59,083 bases of DNA. It comes from a virus (lineage: Duplodnaviria > Caudoviricetes). The stretch covers positions 1-59,083 of the IMG/VR virus record IMGVR_UViG_3300042568_000868; one strand, 5' to 3'. Position numbers and translations under genes: made by a program. Position 1 is the first letter of the stretch. Each line of letters starts with the position of its first letter. Positions 1 to 10,761 of this stretch are shown one piece after another. The notes under the pieces were generated by a model. That model did not search any database. It was not told where the DNA came from and was given only the letters and a program-made list of their open reading frames with translations.

Positions 1-234
1 AGATGAGTTAGACATATCCTTTGTAACTAGATTAAGTCCATTCATCTCCTGTACATACATTTGATTTATAGTCTTACCTCTATCTATGTCTTGTTTGATG
101 AGGAAACTTCTATATTCTGTAATCCATTGCTCTATCTGAATTCTACTTAATTGTTCTGATTCAGCAATATTATTGTTTCTTGCTTCTAATAGAATATCAT
201 CTATTATTGTATTTAGTGTATGTAATTGAACCAT
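1..234 (-). CDS. crAss-like tail tubular/ring protein, N-terminal part (runs off window edge)
   Basis: Manual translation from ATG at 234: MVQLHTLNTIIDDILLEARNNNIAESEQLSRIQIEQWITEYRSFLIKQ..., open to position 1; resembles crAss-like ring protein N-termini. Confidence 0.65.
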   Translation of the reverse strand, partial: MVQLHTLNTIIDDILLEARNNNIAESEQLSRIQIEQWITEYRSFLIKQDIDRGKTINQMYVQEMNGLNLVTKDMSNSS

Positions 235-239
235 GATGA

Positions 240-752
240 TTAATTAAAGAATTTCAGTTCGCCTGTAGTAAACAATAAAGCCTCACTCTTCCTTCTGTAT
301 ATAAGCCCTGGAAGTGTTTTTCCTCCAGCCTTTGTCCATGCCATAAAGTTCTTCTCTATAGTAATATTGTCAGCTCCTGCTAATATATTTTTCAATAGAG
401 TGCTTTTCCTTAGAGCGTTTATGCCTACATTATACGAGAATGATATTAAAGCAGATATCTTATCTTCATCTATATTGCCGACTAGCTTAACTACATTTGC
501 TCTGTATTCAGCAAGAGTCTTATTTAGTGCTTCTAAAGCCTCCTCTTTTGTATGAATCTTTGCAAACTTGTATGCGGTAGTTCTAGTAGCCAAACCCTTT
601 AAAGGCTTCTTCTGAGCGTCTAGTATCAGTTCTCCATATCCTTCAGTCCAGAATCCAGCAGGGCACATCTTAGGCTGAGTTCCTATAGTTTTCAAATCTC
701 CATCGTGTAGTGACTCATAGTGAGATACTAATTGTACTAATTTATTTTCCAT
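240..752 (-). CDS. Endolysin, GH24 phage lysozyme
   Basis: Catalytic Glu region (YESLHDG), WTEGYG, ALISFSYNVG and WTKAGGKTLPGLIYRRKSE motifs typical of GH24. Confidence 0.92.
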   Translation of the reverse strand: MENKLVQLVSHYESLHDGDLKTIGTQPKMCPAGFWTEGYGELILDAQKKPLKGLATRTTAYKFAKIHTKEEALEALNKTLAEYRANVVKLVGNIDEDKISALISFSYNVGINALRKSTLLKNILAGADNITIEKNFMAWTKAGGKTLPGLIYRRKSEALLFTTGELKFFN

Positions 753-787
753 GTGTTATGTATAATCAAATATTTTGTATAAACTAA

Positions 788-1420
788 TTAGTTACCTTTT
801 ATAACCCTCATATCAGTTACCTTTATTAACTCATTACTATTTACTATAGAGTATTTAGTTACATCCTTCTTCCTATAGTCTAGATGTATTAGCCTATCTA
901 GCCACCCCTTGTAATCCTCAACATACTCCCTCGTTGAGTAAACGTATAAATATTGGGAATTGTTTATATCTAGGTTGCAATTTAGTGATCTTTTTTTAAG
1001 TTTTATTGTATATTTTGTATCTTTATTTGGATAAATAGTAGTATCTATGTTAATAGAATCAACTAATTTCACTGTATCTGGTATTTTTACATCAATATTT
1101 GACGTCAGATTGGTTGTAGATACACTAAGAACATCACCAGGCTTATTTCCTTTGATTTTAAGCGACTTTCTCACTGAATCTAACTCATGTATCAGTTTAT
1201 CATTAGAGTCTCTTAAATCGTCTATATTTAGCGTTAGAGCGTAATTATCCTTTATACGTCTCTTCATTATATTCTTATATACTTCAGCATTAGTTTCTGC
1301 TGTATACATTTTTTCTTTCATAGATACATAATTATCATATGAAGCTTTTCCAAAATAACAAAAACCGACTATCGTCAAGATGCCGGCTAATGATAATATT
1401 AATTTAAATTTGTTTAACAT
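788..1420 (-). CDS. Putative spanin-like membrane-anchored coiled-coil protein
   Basis: N-terminal TM helix plus coiled coil, located between holin and lysozyme. Confidence 0.5.
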   Translation of the reverse strand: MLNKFKLILSLAGILTIVGFCYFGKASYDNYVSMKEKMYTAETNAEVYKNIMKRRIKDNYALTLNIDDLRDSNDKLIHELDSVRKSLKIKGNKPGDVLSVSTTNLTSNIDVKIPDTVKLVDSINIDTTIYPNKDTKYTIKLKKRSLNCNLDINNSQYLYVYSTREYVEDYKGWLDRLIHLDYRKKDVTKYSIVNSNELIKVTDMRVIKGN

Positions 1421-1425
1421 AGTAG

Positions 1426-1704
1426 TTATTGTTGAACTGTTTCAGTTGGATTACTTTTAATTTTCTTAGTAACGAGCATTCCTGTTCCTAGTGTAGTCAT
1501 TGCTATTGAATTTAACAATAGATCTGAAGAGTTCTCTTTGCTTATAACTACACATACAGTTCCAGTTATGAATCCTAGACATCCAACTATACAGCAAGCA
1601 AAGCCTACTAGAGCGCTTATGGATGACTTCCCATTACTATTGTTTAGAGCTTCTACGAGAGAGAATTCTTTTACGCTCAGTTTTGATTGATTTTCTTGAC
1701 TCAT
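1426..1704 (-). CDS. Small two-TM membrane protein (holin/antiholin candidate)
   Basis: Two hydrophobic segments, within lysis cassette. Confidence 0.55.
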   Translation of the reverse strand: MSQENQSKLSVKEFSLVEALNNSNGKSSISALVGFACCIVGCLGFITGTVCVVISKENSSDLLLNSIAMTTLGTGMLVTKKIKSNPTETVQQ

Positions 1705-2200
1705 TTCTCTTTTCCTTTAATTCTATATTGATTCCAGTCTTTCTCTCCACTTCAGCAGACAGATACTTCCTTATTGCTTTTATTATTCTTAAATCTGGAT
1801 TAACTCTAGATATATGTCCTAATACGCTCCATAAATCAGCAGCGCAAAATAACGACCCAACCACTCTTGTTATATTATCAGAAGACCCAATCATATTCCT
1901 TTCTACCATTGCTACCATAAATATAGCAGACAAATACATAGCTAGTTTAAATGCTGTTTTTGATATACAGATACTGAGTATAAATCTCTTTGTTTTTACA
2001 TTTGCAACTGTAGCCCACATTAAATCTAATAGTGCAGCAGCAAGCACATAATGTATTACCTGTATCCCAGGACCAAGACATGTAGCTAGGAATGTCATTC
2101 CAAGTAAGGCCTTAGACACTGTATAATTAAATATTGAATTTATTTTTGCTATAGATGCTGGAATTATTCCGATTAGCTCTGATAAGAGAGTATTGTTCAT
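1637..2200 (-). CDS. Putative holin
   Basis: Several TM segments, D/E-L-W-S-V-L pattern, highly basic C-terminus, lysis cassette context. Confidence 0.65.
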   Translation of the reverse strand: MNNTLLSELIGIIPASIAKINSIFNYTVSKALLGMTFLATCLGPGIQVIHYVLAAALLDLMWATVANVKTKRFILSICISKTAFKLAMYLSAIFMVAMVERNMIGSSDNITRVVGSLFCAADLWSVLGHISRVNPDLRIIKAIRKYLSAEVERKTGINIELKEKRNESRKSIKTERKRILSRRSSKQ

Positions 2201-2275
2201 TTCTGTTCTATTTTTTTGAATCTGTTATTATGACAGCTATAAATGTAATAATTATAGACATTATTATTATATCCG

Positions 2276-2611
2276 CTAATTCAACCATTCTTTTATTTGT
2301 TTTTTAATTAAGTAGTAAAATCTAACTGCTACGTAGTATATGTATGATAATTCAAATTTCTTATCTTCTAATAGTTTAAGGAATATTGCGTCAGCCATAT
2401 CTCTATCTATTGGATTGAATTCGCAAAAGAAATCGTGAATCAAACATGGATAATACGTCTTATTTGTATTTATCGCACAAGTGCATCCATCCCATGTGTA
2501 TCCCGTATATATCTTTAGAAACCCATATGAGATAGATCCTTTTTTACACTGAAAATCAATACCAATTAATTCAGGTATGAATAGTTCGTAATCATTTTCT
2601 AGTGTAAACAT
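2276..2611 (-). CDS. DUF1353-like protein
   Basis: GYTWDGCT, LIHDFFC, ADAIF, YVAVR motifs. Confidence 0.7.
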   Translation of the reverse strand: MFTLENDYELFIPELIGIDFQCKKGSISYGFLKIYTGYTWDGCTCAINTNKTYYPCLIHDFFCEFNPIDRDMADAIFLKLLEDKKFELSYIYYVAVRFYYLIKKQIKEWLN

Positions 2612-2701
2612 AACTATCTATTTTTATATCTACTAAGTGCGCACTGCTCGCAATACGTATTGTAACCTATTCCTCTTTCGGAATTCTCATTAGTTGGCTT
2701 G

Positions 2702-2920
2702 TTACAGTTCTGGCAGCTCATATAATTCTAGATTAAAATGAGTTATAGCGTCTTCTTTGGTGTCGCTTTGAAAGCAGCAGCTTTCTGGGTCTCCGCAGTT
2801 ACAATTGCACTCTATTGGACAATAAAATCTTAATTCAGCTTCTAGCAAATCATATCTTTCGAGAGTAGTCTTATCTACGTATTCACCACCAGTGGCGTTT
2901 GCAAATTTCTTGTATAACAT
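2702..2920 (-). CDS. Small Cys-rich hypothetical protein
   Basis: ATG at 2920 directly after upstream gene; CPIECNCNC...CC. Confidence 0.55.
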   Translation of the reverse strand: MLYKKFANATGGEYVDKTTLERYDLLEAELRFYCPIECNCNCGDPESCCFQSDTKEDAITHFNLELYELPEL

Positions 2921-2927
2921 ATTGTTT

Positions 2928-4217
2928 TTAATTTTGAACAGTCCAACCTTTATTTGTAGCAATAGATGTATCGCAAGTTCCAGCACCAGGACATCCTGTA
3001 ATTTTAATAGCCTTGCCACTTACAGTAGGAAGTGATGTAAATAAAGCATTTAATGCAGATGCATTCATATTACAATATTGTACATCAACCTGTGGGCTTG
3101 AACCTCCGAAAGCACTTGTAGCGTTTGTCAGTATTATTCCTGTAATTGGGAGTGGAACGGTTGAGTTGCCGCCTATGCTTAATTTACTTAACTTAGCGCC
3201 GATAGTTAGTGATTGAGCTAGATTCTCACATCTATAAAATATATTTGTCCAGTTGCAATCCTGAGTTCTACTTCCCAAAAATTCAAGATTAGTAAGGTGC
3301 TTCAAATTACCACACAAATAGAACATATTTGTACAGTTAGTGTTTTTGTCATTGCCAACACCTGCTGGCAAATGCACCTCGTCTAAAGCAGTATTTGTAT
3401 CAAACATATAAGCAGTAGAGCCTGTTGAGCCCCAATCGCTTGCAGTTATATTGAACGTTCTAACCTTTCCACTATTTGATAAATAATATGTGTATGATGC
3501 AGTTGAACCTCCACTATACAGCGTATCCATTGTACCATTAATCACGCCAGTTCCATATAATGAGTATGTTCTAGATGTAGCAGAACCCATAGCAGGAAAA
3601 TTGAAATCCTCAAAACTCCCGCAATTATATGCGAAATAGTCAGAACTTGTAACGTTGCTTGCATCATAGATATTTACCTTTTTCAAAAATGGGCTTCTAA
3701 GTGGTGATACAGCAACGCCATTGCTGAACATTTGAGAGATATTAACCAATGAAGGTACATTAATTTCCGCCCATGCAACACAGCTATTTTGTTGGGTATA
3801 TTGTGCGCTTGTTTTTGCAACTTTGAAATACTTTATATCCGAACTTGCATTGTAAATGCGAACGGTGTAAGCCCAAACTTTCCACTCAGGAATCCACACA
3901 CCTAACCCGCTACCATTATTTTCTACATAAGTGTGAGATACTTGTGCGGTTAAGTTATTGCCAGCCGTTTGAGTAGTAAATGCTGTTGATACTCCACCTT
4001 CAATAACTCCATCGCCCCAATCAATAGAGTATGTTCCATCTGATGTGGTTTGAATAGCGAATCCATTTACTCCCCCATTATCAATACAGATCATCAATAT
4101 TTCACCAAGTTGAGCTTTGCCACTTATATTTGGAAAGCTATTGCCTTGATATGTTATTCCTATATTACTAATAGTTGGAACCCAGACTCCTCCTATATTT
4201 ATTTTCTGTATAGCCAT
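2928..4217 (-). CDS. Tail-associated protein with PKD-like and BspA/DUF285-like repeats (receptor-binding candidate)
   Basis: YSIDWGDG motif; repeated xxMFxxCxxL units; tail gene context. Confidence 0.6.
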   Translation of the reverse strand: MAIQKINIGGVWVPTISNIGITYQGNSFPNISGKAQLGEILMICIDNGGVNGFAIQTTSDGTYSIDWGDGVIEGGVSTAFTTQTAGNNLTAQVSHTYVENNGSGLGVWIPEWKVWAYTVRIYNASSDIKYFKVAKTSAQYTQQNSCVAWAEINVPSLVNISQMFSNGVAVSPLRSPFLKKVNIYDASNVTSSDYFAYNCGSFEDFNFPAMGSATSRTYSLYGTGVINGTMDTLYSGGSTASYTYYLSNSGKVRTFNITASDWGSTGSTAYMFDTNTALDEVHLPAGVGNDKNTNCTNMFYLCGNLKHLTNLEFLGSRTQDCNWTNIFYRCENLAQSLTIGAKLSKLSIGGNSTVPLPITGIILTNATSAFGGSSPQVDVQYCNMNASALNALFTSLPTVSGKAIKITGCPGAGTCDTSIATNKGWTVQN

Positions 4218-4218
4218 A

Positions 4219-4695
4219 TTAATTTCTATTCATTACGATTTCGTAAAATAATTCCTCGGTTGAAACCGGGCATTGTTTGTCTGTAAAATCTAATGGTATC
4301 GCCTGCAATTCTTCTATAGTTGTAGCATTTTTGATTGCTTGTATTTTTGCGTATCTCTCATCGCTTCTTTGCATAGTCCACGCAACCGCATTGGTACACT
4401 TTTCATATCCATGATTTTCAAATCCACTCCAAACTGGAGCAGGTAATACGCTATCGAAATTACTATCTATCATTGCTGTATAATTACTAGATACCATCTT
4501 GATTGCCATATCTTTCATTTCTTCCAGTGTGATCGTGCTGATTTTAATTTCGCATCTTAGAATATCTTCTATTGAAGCTCCTTCGTTATTTAAAAGAAAA
4601 TCTATTTGTTCTTCATTTAAAATAATAACGCCTTGAATATTGGACATATCAGCTTCCGTTATAGTAATTCTGTTTTTTAATATGTAGTAATTCAT
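4219..4695 (-). CDS. Tail fibre-associated hypothetical protein (chaperone-like)
   Basis: IKNATTIEELQAI pattern typical of tail fibre assembly proteins; context. Confidence 0.45.
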   Translation of the reverse strand: MNYYILKNRITITEADMSNIQGVIILNEEQIDFLLNNEGASIEDILRCEIKISTITLEEMKDMAIKMVSSNYTAMIDSNFDSVLPAPVWSGFENHGYEKCTNAVAWTMQRSDERYAKIQAIKNATTIEELQAIPLDFTDKQCPVSTEELFYEIVMNRN

Positions 4696-4702
4696 AATTT
4701 AT

Positions 4703-6091
4703 TTAAATAAATACGTTATTAATGTCATTATTGTAAGCACACCTTCCGATCGAGGCCAGTCCTATCCAATTAGAATCATTAGGTACGTTAGGAATAGGTA
4801 ATCCACTTCTTAACTTTGTTTCTGCTAAATTCCAAACCAGCCAAACCTGTGTTCCTATTTTTACTGTTGGATATACTTGCGTATCATTTCCAATGTAGCT
4901 AGCGCAAGGCGTTCCATCTGCTTGTAGTTGCTCTGAAACTGTTGCTGGGCGGACTAGACGAATCGAACAACCATATTTTACGTTTGATGGTGCAATATAT
5001 GTTTCTGCAACATTACTAAAATTTAATACTTTAACGTAATCTGTAGAAAATACATAATCTTTAATTTGAAAAAGTCCGTATGCTTTCAAATAACTAAAAC
5101 TACCATCATCTAGTCGCATTCCACCCGCTCTAATTTCCATACTAAATAAGTTGACAGCATTAGAATTAGGCGGAAGCCAATAATCACTATTAGTAGACTT
5201 CATTCTACTAAGCGGTGCAAAATTAGTCAATAGATAATTAAAATCAGCAAGTAAGGGAACGGTCCAGTCATCACTACTTGTTATACTATTGGTTCCTGAT
5301 CCTTGAGTTGCATACCAGTTATACAGATAACCATATTTCATAGTCTTCTGTACAAAGTTATACTGATAACTAGATATGAATACATTATTCATATCATTAT
5401 TATAAGCGCATCTAGCACCAAAATTTGCAGTACCCCACGTAGCATTATCTGAGATATAGGTTATATCAGTTCCACCTCTATATTTAGTCTCTGCTAAATT
5501 GCAACCAAGCCATACTTGTGTGCCAATTTTTACAGTAGGGTATTGTAGTCCATCATTACCTATATATGGATCACAGGCACTTCCATCAATTTGCAACTGT
5601 TCATTTACGGTGGCTGCACGAACCAATCTGATTGCGAGCCCCATTGATTTTCCACCAGTAGCATCACCAAATCCGCCATTAGCTCCATTGTTATATATCA
5701 TGAAGTAGTAAGTCTGTGCTGCATAATACTCCCACATACGAAATTGATATCTTAAAGAACTAAATACACCATCACCATTTTGTCTAAACCCAGATCCTCT
5801 AAAGTTTAGATTATATATATTTAAAGCTCCTACATTGCCTTCCCAATAAATAACTCCATCTTCTTTAAGCCTAGCTCCTATATTACTTTGACCACCTGCA
5901 TCATAATTAACTAATGTAGTTGTATCTCTATTTGCTACAGCTCCTTGAGGAACCGACCATCCAACGTTAGACATTGCTAGCGGAATTATACTAGCATTTC
6001 CAGTACCTTCTATCACATAGTAGTTATATAGGTATCCATATTTAACTACTGGAAGTCCTGCAGATAGACCCATGTATCTTCTTCCTACCAT
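4703..6091 (-). CDS. Protein with two tandem, circularly permuted Fib_succ_major (FISUMP)-like domains
   Basis: KYGYLYN(Y/W)Y, W.VP, G..IRLVR and YPTVKIGTQVWL..NLAETK each occur twice. Confidence 0.75.
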   Translation of the reverse strand: MVGRRYMGLSAGLPVVKYGYLYNYYVIEGTGNASIIPLAMSNVGWSVPQGAVANRDTTTLVNYDAGGQSNIGARLKEDGVIYWEGNVGALNIYNLNFRGSGFRQNGDGVFSSLRYQFRMWEYYAAQTYYFMIYNNGANGGFGDATGGKSMGLAIRLVRAATVNEQLQIDGSACDPYIGNDGLQYPTVKIGTQVWLGCNLAETKYRGGTDITYISDNATWGTANFGARCAYNNDMNNVFISSYQYNFVQKTMKYGYLYNWYATQGSGTNSITSSDDWTVPLLADFNYLLTNFAPLSRMKSTNSDYWLPPNSNAVNLFSMEIRAGGMRLDDGSFSYLKAYGLFQIKDYVFSTDYVKVLNFSNVAETYIAPSNVKYGCSIRLVRPATVSEQLQADGTPCASYIGNDTQVYPTVKIGTQVWLVWNLAETKLRSGLPIPNVPNDSNWIGLASIGRCAYNNDINNVFI

Positions 6092-7407
6092 TATTCTTGA
6101 ACCTTATACATTATTGAAACATCACAAGTAGTTGAACTAGTGAATGAATATAAATAAGACAACTCAACTCTTTTGTTCTGAGGAACATCAATTGGATCTA
6201 TTTGCATCATAAAATATGTATACGTTACAGCTCCTACAGTATTATTACCGGTAGAAGGCACGAACGTTACATCAGCAGCCTTTAAGTTCTTTATTATAAG
6301 GGCTTTATTTATATCATCATATACCGGAGGATTTGTTGGAAAATCTACCAATACCGTATTTCCACTTGCGTAATTGCTTGTATACTTAGATAATTGATTT
6401 GCTATATTTGGAGTTATTGTAGCTCCAGTCGTAGCAATGAATGACGTGTTTACTGCGGCTGATGTATCTATCCATATGCTCTCATTATACAATGGGGCTG
6501 AATCACCAATATGCACTTCATTTAAATACGTCTTAGACACTTTTTTCCAATATGATACAACTGTATCCCAAATTAAAAAGTAGTCTGCATTTAGAGGAAT
6601 AGTCTTTTCTATTGAGGTATTTACATCATGTAGTTCATTTAATTCAAAACCACTATTTGGATTTACAAATATAGCTCCATTGTTTGTACTATTCAATGCA
6701 ATACCAACTATAACACCATGATTTGGAGCTACGGGTCGTGTCATTGTCAAACCGCCTTCCGTTGTAGCGGATAGATATAGTTTAGCTCCATCAGTAAATG
6801 TAGATGTATTGAAATTGTTTACGGTGCCAAATACAGTAACGAATCCTTGATGGTTGTTGCTTATGGTTTCAGTACAAACCCCTATAACATAGCTCGTTTG
6901 CTCATTTGTGGCTATTGCTTTAGTAGCTGTTGGTCTATTGCCTTGAGCGCCACTAATGTAGACTACATCTCCATCATTTAGTTGTGATCCTGTCTTATTA
7001 ACTACACGAACATACATTTCAAGTCCATTTTGTAGTATAACTCCGTTTCCTAAAACAGTAGATAAAACTTTGTATGTCTCATCATAGTACATAGATCCAG
7101 CTATAGATGGAGTTGGCGGAGTAGATTGAAATTCTACTACATCTGGCCTTAATACTTCTTCAGCATGATCATGGGCTGATGGAGTATATGTAGATGGTTT
7201 ATTTAGTATTTGAGCCTCTCCACTAGTAGCATTCCAATCTGAATTAACTTTAACGTTTGATTTCCATATGCCATCTAAAGAGTGAGTATACTCTATTCCA
7301 GTGATATTATCATGCCATATAGTCCCAATAGAATATCCACTTGCTATATTTTCATTTATAGTAGGAGTTATATCGCTAAATACTTTTGGTTGAATTTTCT
7401 TTATCAT
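6091..7407 (-). CDS. Tail fibre protein
   Basis: SDWNATSGEAQILNKP repeat, VVYISGAQGNRP cement-like domain, tail context. Confidence 0.65.
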   Translation of the reverse strand: MIKKIQPKVFSDITPTINENIASGYSIGTIWHDNITGIEYTHSLDGIWKSNVKVNSDWNATSGEAQILNKPSTYTPSAHDHAEEVLRPDVVEFQSTPPTPSIAGSMYYDETYKVLSTVLGNGVILQNGLEMYVRVVNKTGSQLNDGDVVYISGAQGNRPTATKAIATNEQTSYVIGVCTETISNNHQGFVTVFGTVNNFNTSTFTDGAKLYLSATTEGGLTMTRPVAPNHGVIVGIALNSTNNGAIFVNPNSGFELNELHDVNTSIEKTIPLNADYFLIWDTVVSYWKKVSKTYLNEVHIGDSAPLYNESIWIDTSAAVNTSFIATTGATITPNIANQLSKYTSNYASGNTVLVDFPTNPPVYDDINKALIIKNLKAADVTFVPSTGNNTVGAVTYTYFMMQIDPIDVPQNKRVELSYLYSFTSSTTCDVSIMYKVQE

Positions 7408-7417
7408 ATTGATTTTG

Positions 7418-9319
7418 TTAGCTATTGGTCACAGTTATTACGGTATCTCCTAACTCATCCTTATAAGACACAATCTTGTTTCCATCTCTTGATACTGCTT
7501 CTACCAATAAATTAATATCTGAGGACATTTGGTCTGCAAAGTCATAAAGATAAATACCAACCATGTTGCCCTGAAATGTTACATTCTTTATCTTTACTAA
7601 GCTATGAATTGCGGATATTACTCCATTGATAGAGCAATTCTCCATATCAGTGAATTGATTATTACTGTTGAATAAAATCCCGTCACCTCCAACTGATATT
7701 ATTGAGTTGCATTTTATGTTAGATATTCCTCTTAAAGAGCAGCTATCTATATTTTTAGCAGTCACTGAAACCATACCCAGAGGAATAATATTACAATACG
7801 ATAGGTCGTTCATGTTGCATTCAGATATAAAACTCGATTCCACATTGCGGAATTGTGTAATTCTAACATTAACTATGTCTCCTGATATATTCGAACTATC
7901 AAGTATTGAAATTACACTAGAGAATATAAATCTCACATAATTACTTACTAAGTAACCAATACCAACTTTATCTATTTGGTCTATCTTATTGTACGATACA
8001 CTGTTTAGTAAAGTCGCTTGATACAATATTCCTATTTTATTGTTAAAAAACGATTCAGATATTACGCTCATTAGCATAGAATACTTCAGTTCATTGATCT
8101 CGTTATCGTGAAAATCTGAATATTTAATAATTGAATGCGATTGAGAACCTATTCTATTGTTTCTAATCAATGGCTTGTTCTCATAATCTTCTATCAACTT
8201 ATAATATATCTTGTCTGATAAAGTTGGTATATCAAATCCGTTAATATCCCAAATGTAGGTATTTGGAGTGAATTGAGTATTGATGCAATATGTATAGATA
8301 AGTAGATTAGGTTCATTTGAATTAAAATCGTTTATCACGTAATGTAGAGTTCCGTATAAATAAAATAATTGACCTTGCGTAAAGTTTGTGTTAGTAGGTA
8401 TTGAGCTGTACGATGGAATATTGCTGCTATTAATCCTGCGGAATGGGTATTTTAATTCTCTCCAGTCTCCTTGAATATCATTGTTGCGTAAAGTATCGAT
8501 TCTTCTATATATCAGACCTCTTGTAGAGTCGTTAGAGTTATCAATAGTGTAGTATACGATATCATGCGTATGTATTGGACTGTAAGCCTCTACTTTTAGT
8601 GTATTGCGAGTGGAGGCTGTTAACAATAAAGGCTCCACTGGACACACTACTTCATCGTCTTGCAGTATTCCGTAGAACAGATCTGAAGCTGATCTACCTA
8701 AAGTTACGTTTCCGTCAGAGTATGTAGTTCTGTAATCTGTAAGCAAGTATGTTTGTACAGGAACCAATAATGAATTATTTATTAAGTCTACTAACTCGTT
8801 ATATGTAACGTGTATAGACTTTCTTACCAGCTCCTCTATGTTTATATTTGAGTCTGTAATTGAACTTCCATCTATAGAGTCGAATATTGCTATGTTATTT
8901 ATCTCAGACACATTTGGTCCAAGTACTCCTTGTTCTGGAAGGTTTACAATATGACTAGCATCAACTACCTTTCCATCTGATGGTTTAATCCAATCTGGCT
9001 CGGTGTCTGGTTCCCATAGTTGAGGGGCTCCAGGAATATAGTCATCAACTTTCAAGTAAGTTAAATCAATTCTATCTCCATTAGCATCTCCAGTAGCTTT
9101 ATCTACTATACCGTTATTGTTGGCATCATAGATACTCTTCTCCATAAATGTATCAGTTAGATACTGTACATCTGGGAATAAGTTTACATATCTAGTGCCA
9201 TCCCAATACTTTATAGTAGATCCATATTGGTTTGTAGCTAGATCCATCCATAGAACATTCATAGACGGATGAGGGGCTATATCACTAACCCATATTCTTA
9301 GATAATCTCTATTTACCAT
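7418..9319 (-). CDS. Tail fibre/spike protein with probable beta-helical C-terminus
   Basis: Asn/Ile-rich repeats, VTYNELVDLI...YLLTDY domain, context. Confidence 0.55.
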   Translation of the reverse strand: MVNRDYLRIWVSDIAPHPSMNVLWMDLATNQYGSTIKYWDGTRYVNLFPDVQYLTDTFMEKSIYDANNNGIVDKATGDANGDRIDLTYLKVDDYIPGAPQLWEPDTEPDWIKPSDGKVVDASHIVNLPEQGVLGPNVSEINNIAIFDSIDGSSITDSNINIEELVRKSIHVTYNELVDLINNSLLVPVQTYLLTDYRTTYSDGNVTLGRSASDLFYGILQDDEVVCPVEPLLLTASTRNTLKVEAYSPIHTHDIVYYTIDNSNDSTRGLIYRRIDTLRNNDIQGDWRELKYPFRRINSSNIPSYSSIPTNTNFTQGQLFYLYGTLHYVINDFNSNEPNLLIYTYCINTQFTPNTYIWDINGFDIPTLSDKIYYKLIEDYENKPLIRNNRIGSQSHSIIKYSDFHDNEINELKYSMLMSVISESFFNNKIGILYQATLLNSVSYNKIDQIDKVGIGYLVSNYVRFIFSSVISILDSSNISGDIVNVRITQFRNVESSFISECNMNDLSYCNIIPLGMVSVTAKNIDSCSLRGISNIKCNSIISVGGDGILFNSNNQFTDMENCSINGVISAIHSLVKIKNVTFQGNMVGIYLYDFADQMSSDINLLVEAVSRDGNKIVSYKDELGDTVITVTNS

Positions 9320-9323
9320 AATA

Positions 9324-10412
9324 TTATACTTCTAGCCAATTATATCCATCAGAGATTAGAGATATGAAAGATCTATTTGTCATTGGATCATACTGAAATC
9401 CTCCTGGAGTGTGATTCATATCTACATAAGTAACCTCGGAATATGTGCCATTTGCAGAATTTTTCAGTATTATAGTGTCAGATCCTTGGGCTGAAATCAT
9501 ATCGCCAAGTATATTTCCAAGTCCGCCTAGCTCAAAAAAGAATTTTATTTCTCTCCCTGCGGATTCTGAAGCTAAAGGGAGTGTAAGATTCACAGTATTA
9601 TGTACAAGACCTCTAGACCTTACAGAAAAGAAATTCTCTCCCTTATTTATTGAGTAGTTTTCATATGTTGAGCAGTTAACTGAATCTATATACACTACTG
9701 GAGCAGTCCAATTTCCCCATTCAAATCCATCTGGAATTACAGGAGCAGAATGATAAAGTCTATATGCGGTAGTGCCATTTGTAAAACTAGCTGTTTGCTT
9801 ATAATCAGCTACACTACCAGGAGCTGGGTTAATATCTTCTACTAATAGATTAAATAATGTAAATCCATTTATACTCCCAGACGACAATGTAACTGCGTAA
9901 CTACCAGGAGTAGTCATTGAGTCCAAGTCTGTTATTGGTATATTTATAAATGAGTCAGATAAGAACGATTGTGGAGTTTCTACTTTTTCGAATGTTCCTT
10001 CTGGGTATATACCTGCTGGAGTTGGGCCACCTGGACCTCCACTGGCAGGATAGAATTTTAATTTTCTCCTGTATATTACATCATTATCTAGTTTAACTTC
10101 TTGTATATACTCTTGATCGAATATAACTGTATCTCCTACAGAATATGTATGTAGTTCTAATAGACTATCAGATCCAAGTACTGCTTTGTGTGCTACATCT
10201 AGATTCGCAGTTTTTAGTGTAGCAAATCTAGTTCCACCATAGAAAGCATCAAGTTCTTGGTCTGTTTCTATTGTTATGTTTCGTGATAAATTAGACGCTT
10301 TTATATATTTTGTTGTTGGCACCAAGCCATCGACAACAGGTATTATAGTAGTATCAGTAGCAAGTCCTAGCTCTGTTAGCGCGCTTATTTTTTTTCCTTT
10401 TAATTGTGCCAT
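9324..10412 (-). CDS. Putative tail/virion protein
   Basis: KKISALTEL N-terminus and LTLPLA..AGREIK C-terminal motif common in fibre proteins. Confidence 0.5.
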   Translation of the reverse strand: MAQLKGKKISALTELGLATDTTIIPVVDGLVPTTKYIKASNLSRNITIETDQELDAFYGGTRFATLKTANLDVAHKAVLGSDSLLELHTYSVGDTVIFDQEYIQEVKLDNDVIYRRKLKFYPASGGPGGPTPAGIYPEGTFEKVETPQSFLSDSFINIPITDLDSMTTPGSYAVTLSSGSINGFTLFNLLVEDINPAPGSVADYKQTASFTNGTTAYRLYHSAPVIPDGFEWGNWTAPVVYIDSVNCSTYENYSINKGENFFSVRSRGLVHNTVNLTLPLASESAGREIKFFFELGGLGNILGDMISAQGSDTIILKNSANGTYSEVTYVDMNHTPGGFQYDPMTNRSFISLISDGYNWLEV

Positions 10413-10418
10413 TGCATT

Positions 10419-10760
10419 TTATTGTTCTAATAGTATTGGTCTAGAGTCTTCTGTAAATAAAATAAATAAATCTTCTGTCAGTATTGCGTCAGGATTATAT
10501 TCTCCGGAAGACAATCCGTCTCCATAATTCTCTAGGAATGGTATATTGCTAATCATCAATCTATTTAATAGGATTTTCATATCCTTTATATCCTGTATGC
10601 TGTATGTAGATTGATTCATAAGCATATACTTAACGAGATTGTGTAAATGCAAAATAGATATGGCATCGTTTTGATCCATATCTCTATTGTTTATATTTAT
10701 TCTTATATCATTCAGAATATATAGTCCAAAATCCCTTATTGATTTATCTATATCCTTCAT
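10419..10760 (-). CDS. Hypothetical virion protein
   Basis: Tightly packed ORF in the structural operon. Confidence 0.5.
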   Translation of the reverse strand: MKDIDKSIRDFGLYILNDIRININNRDMDQNDAISILHLHNLVKYMLMNQSTYSIQDIKDMKILLNRLMISNIPFLENYGDGLSSGEYNPDAILTEDLFILFTEDSRPILLEQ

Positions 10761-10761
10761 A

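Noticed and set aside
2620-2700. Hammerhead-like CTAATGA...GAAA on the minus strand
   Set aside because: Core has A instead of the conserved G and stems I/III do not fit; at most an ordinary branched hairpin
4703-6091. DGR template/variable repeat pair
   Set aside because: The two repeats differ at all base types, not only adenines, and no reverse transcriptase is in the window
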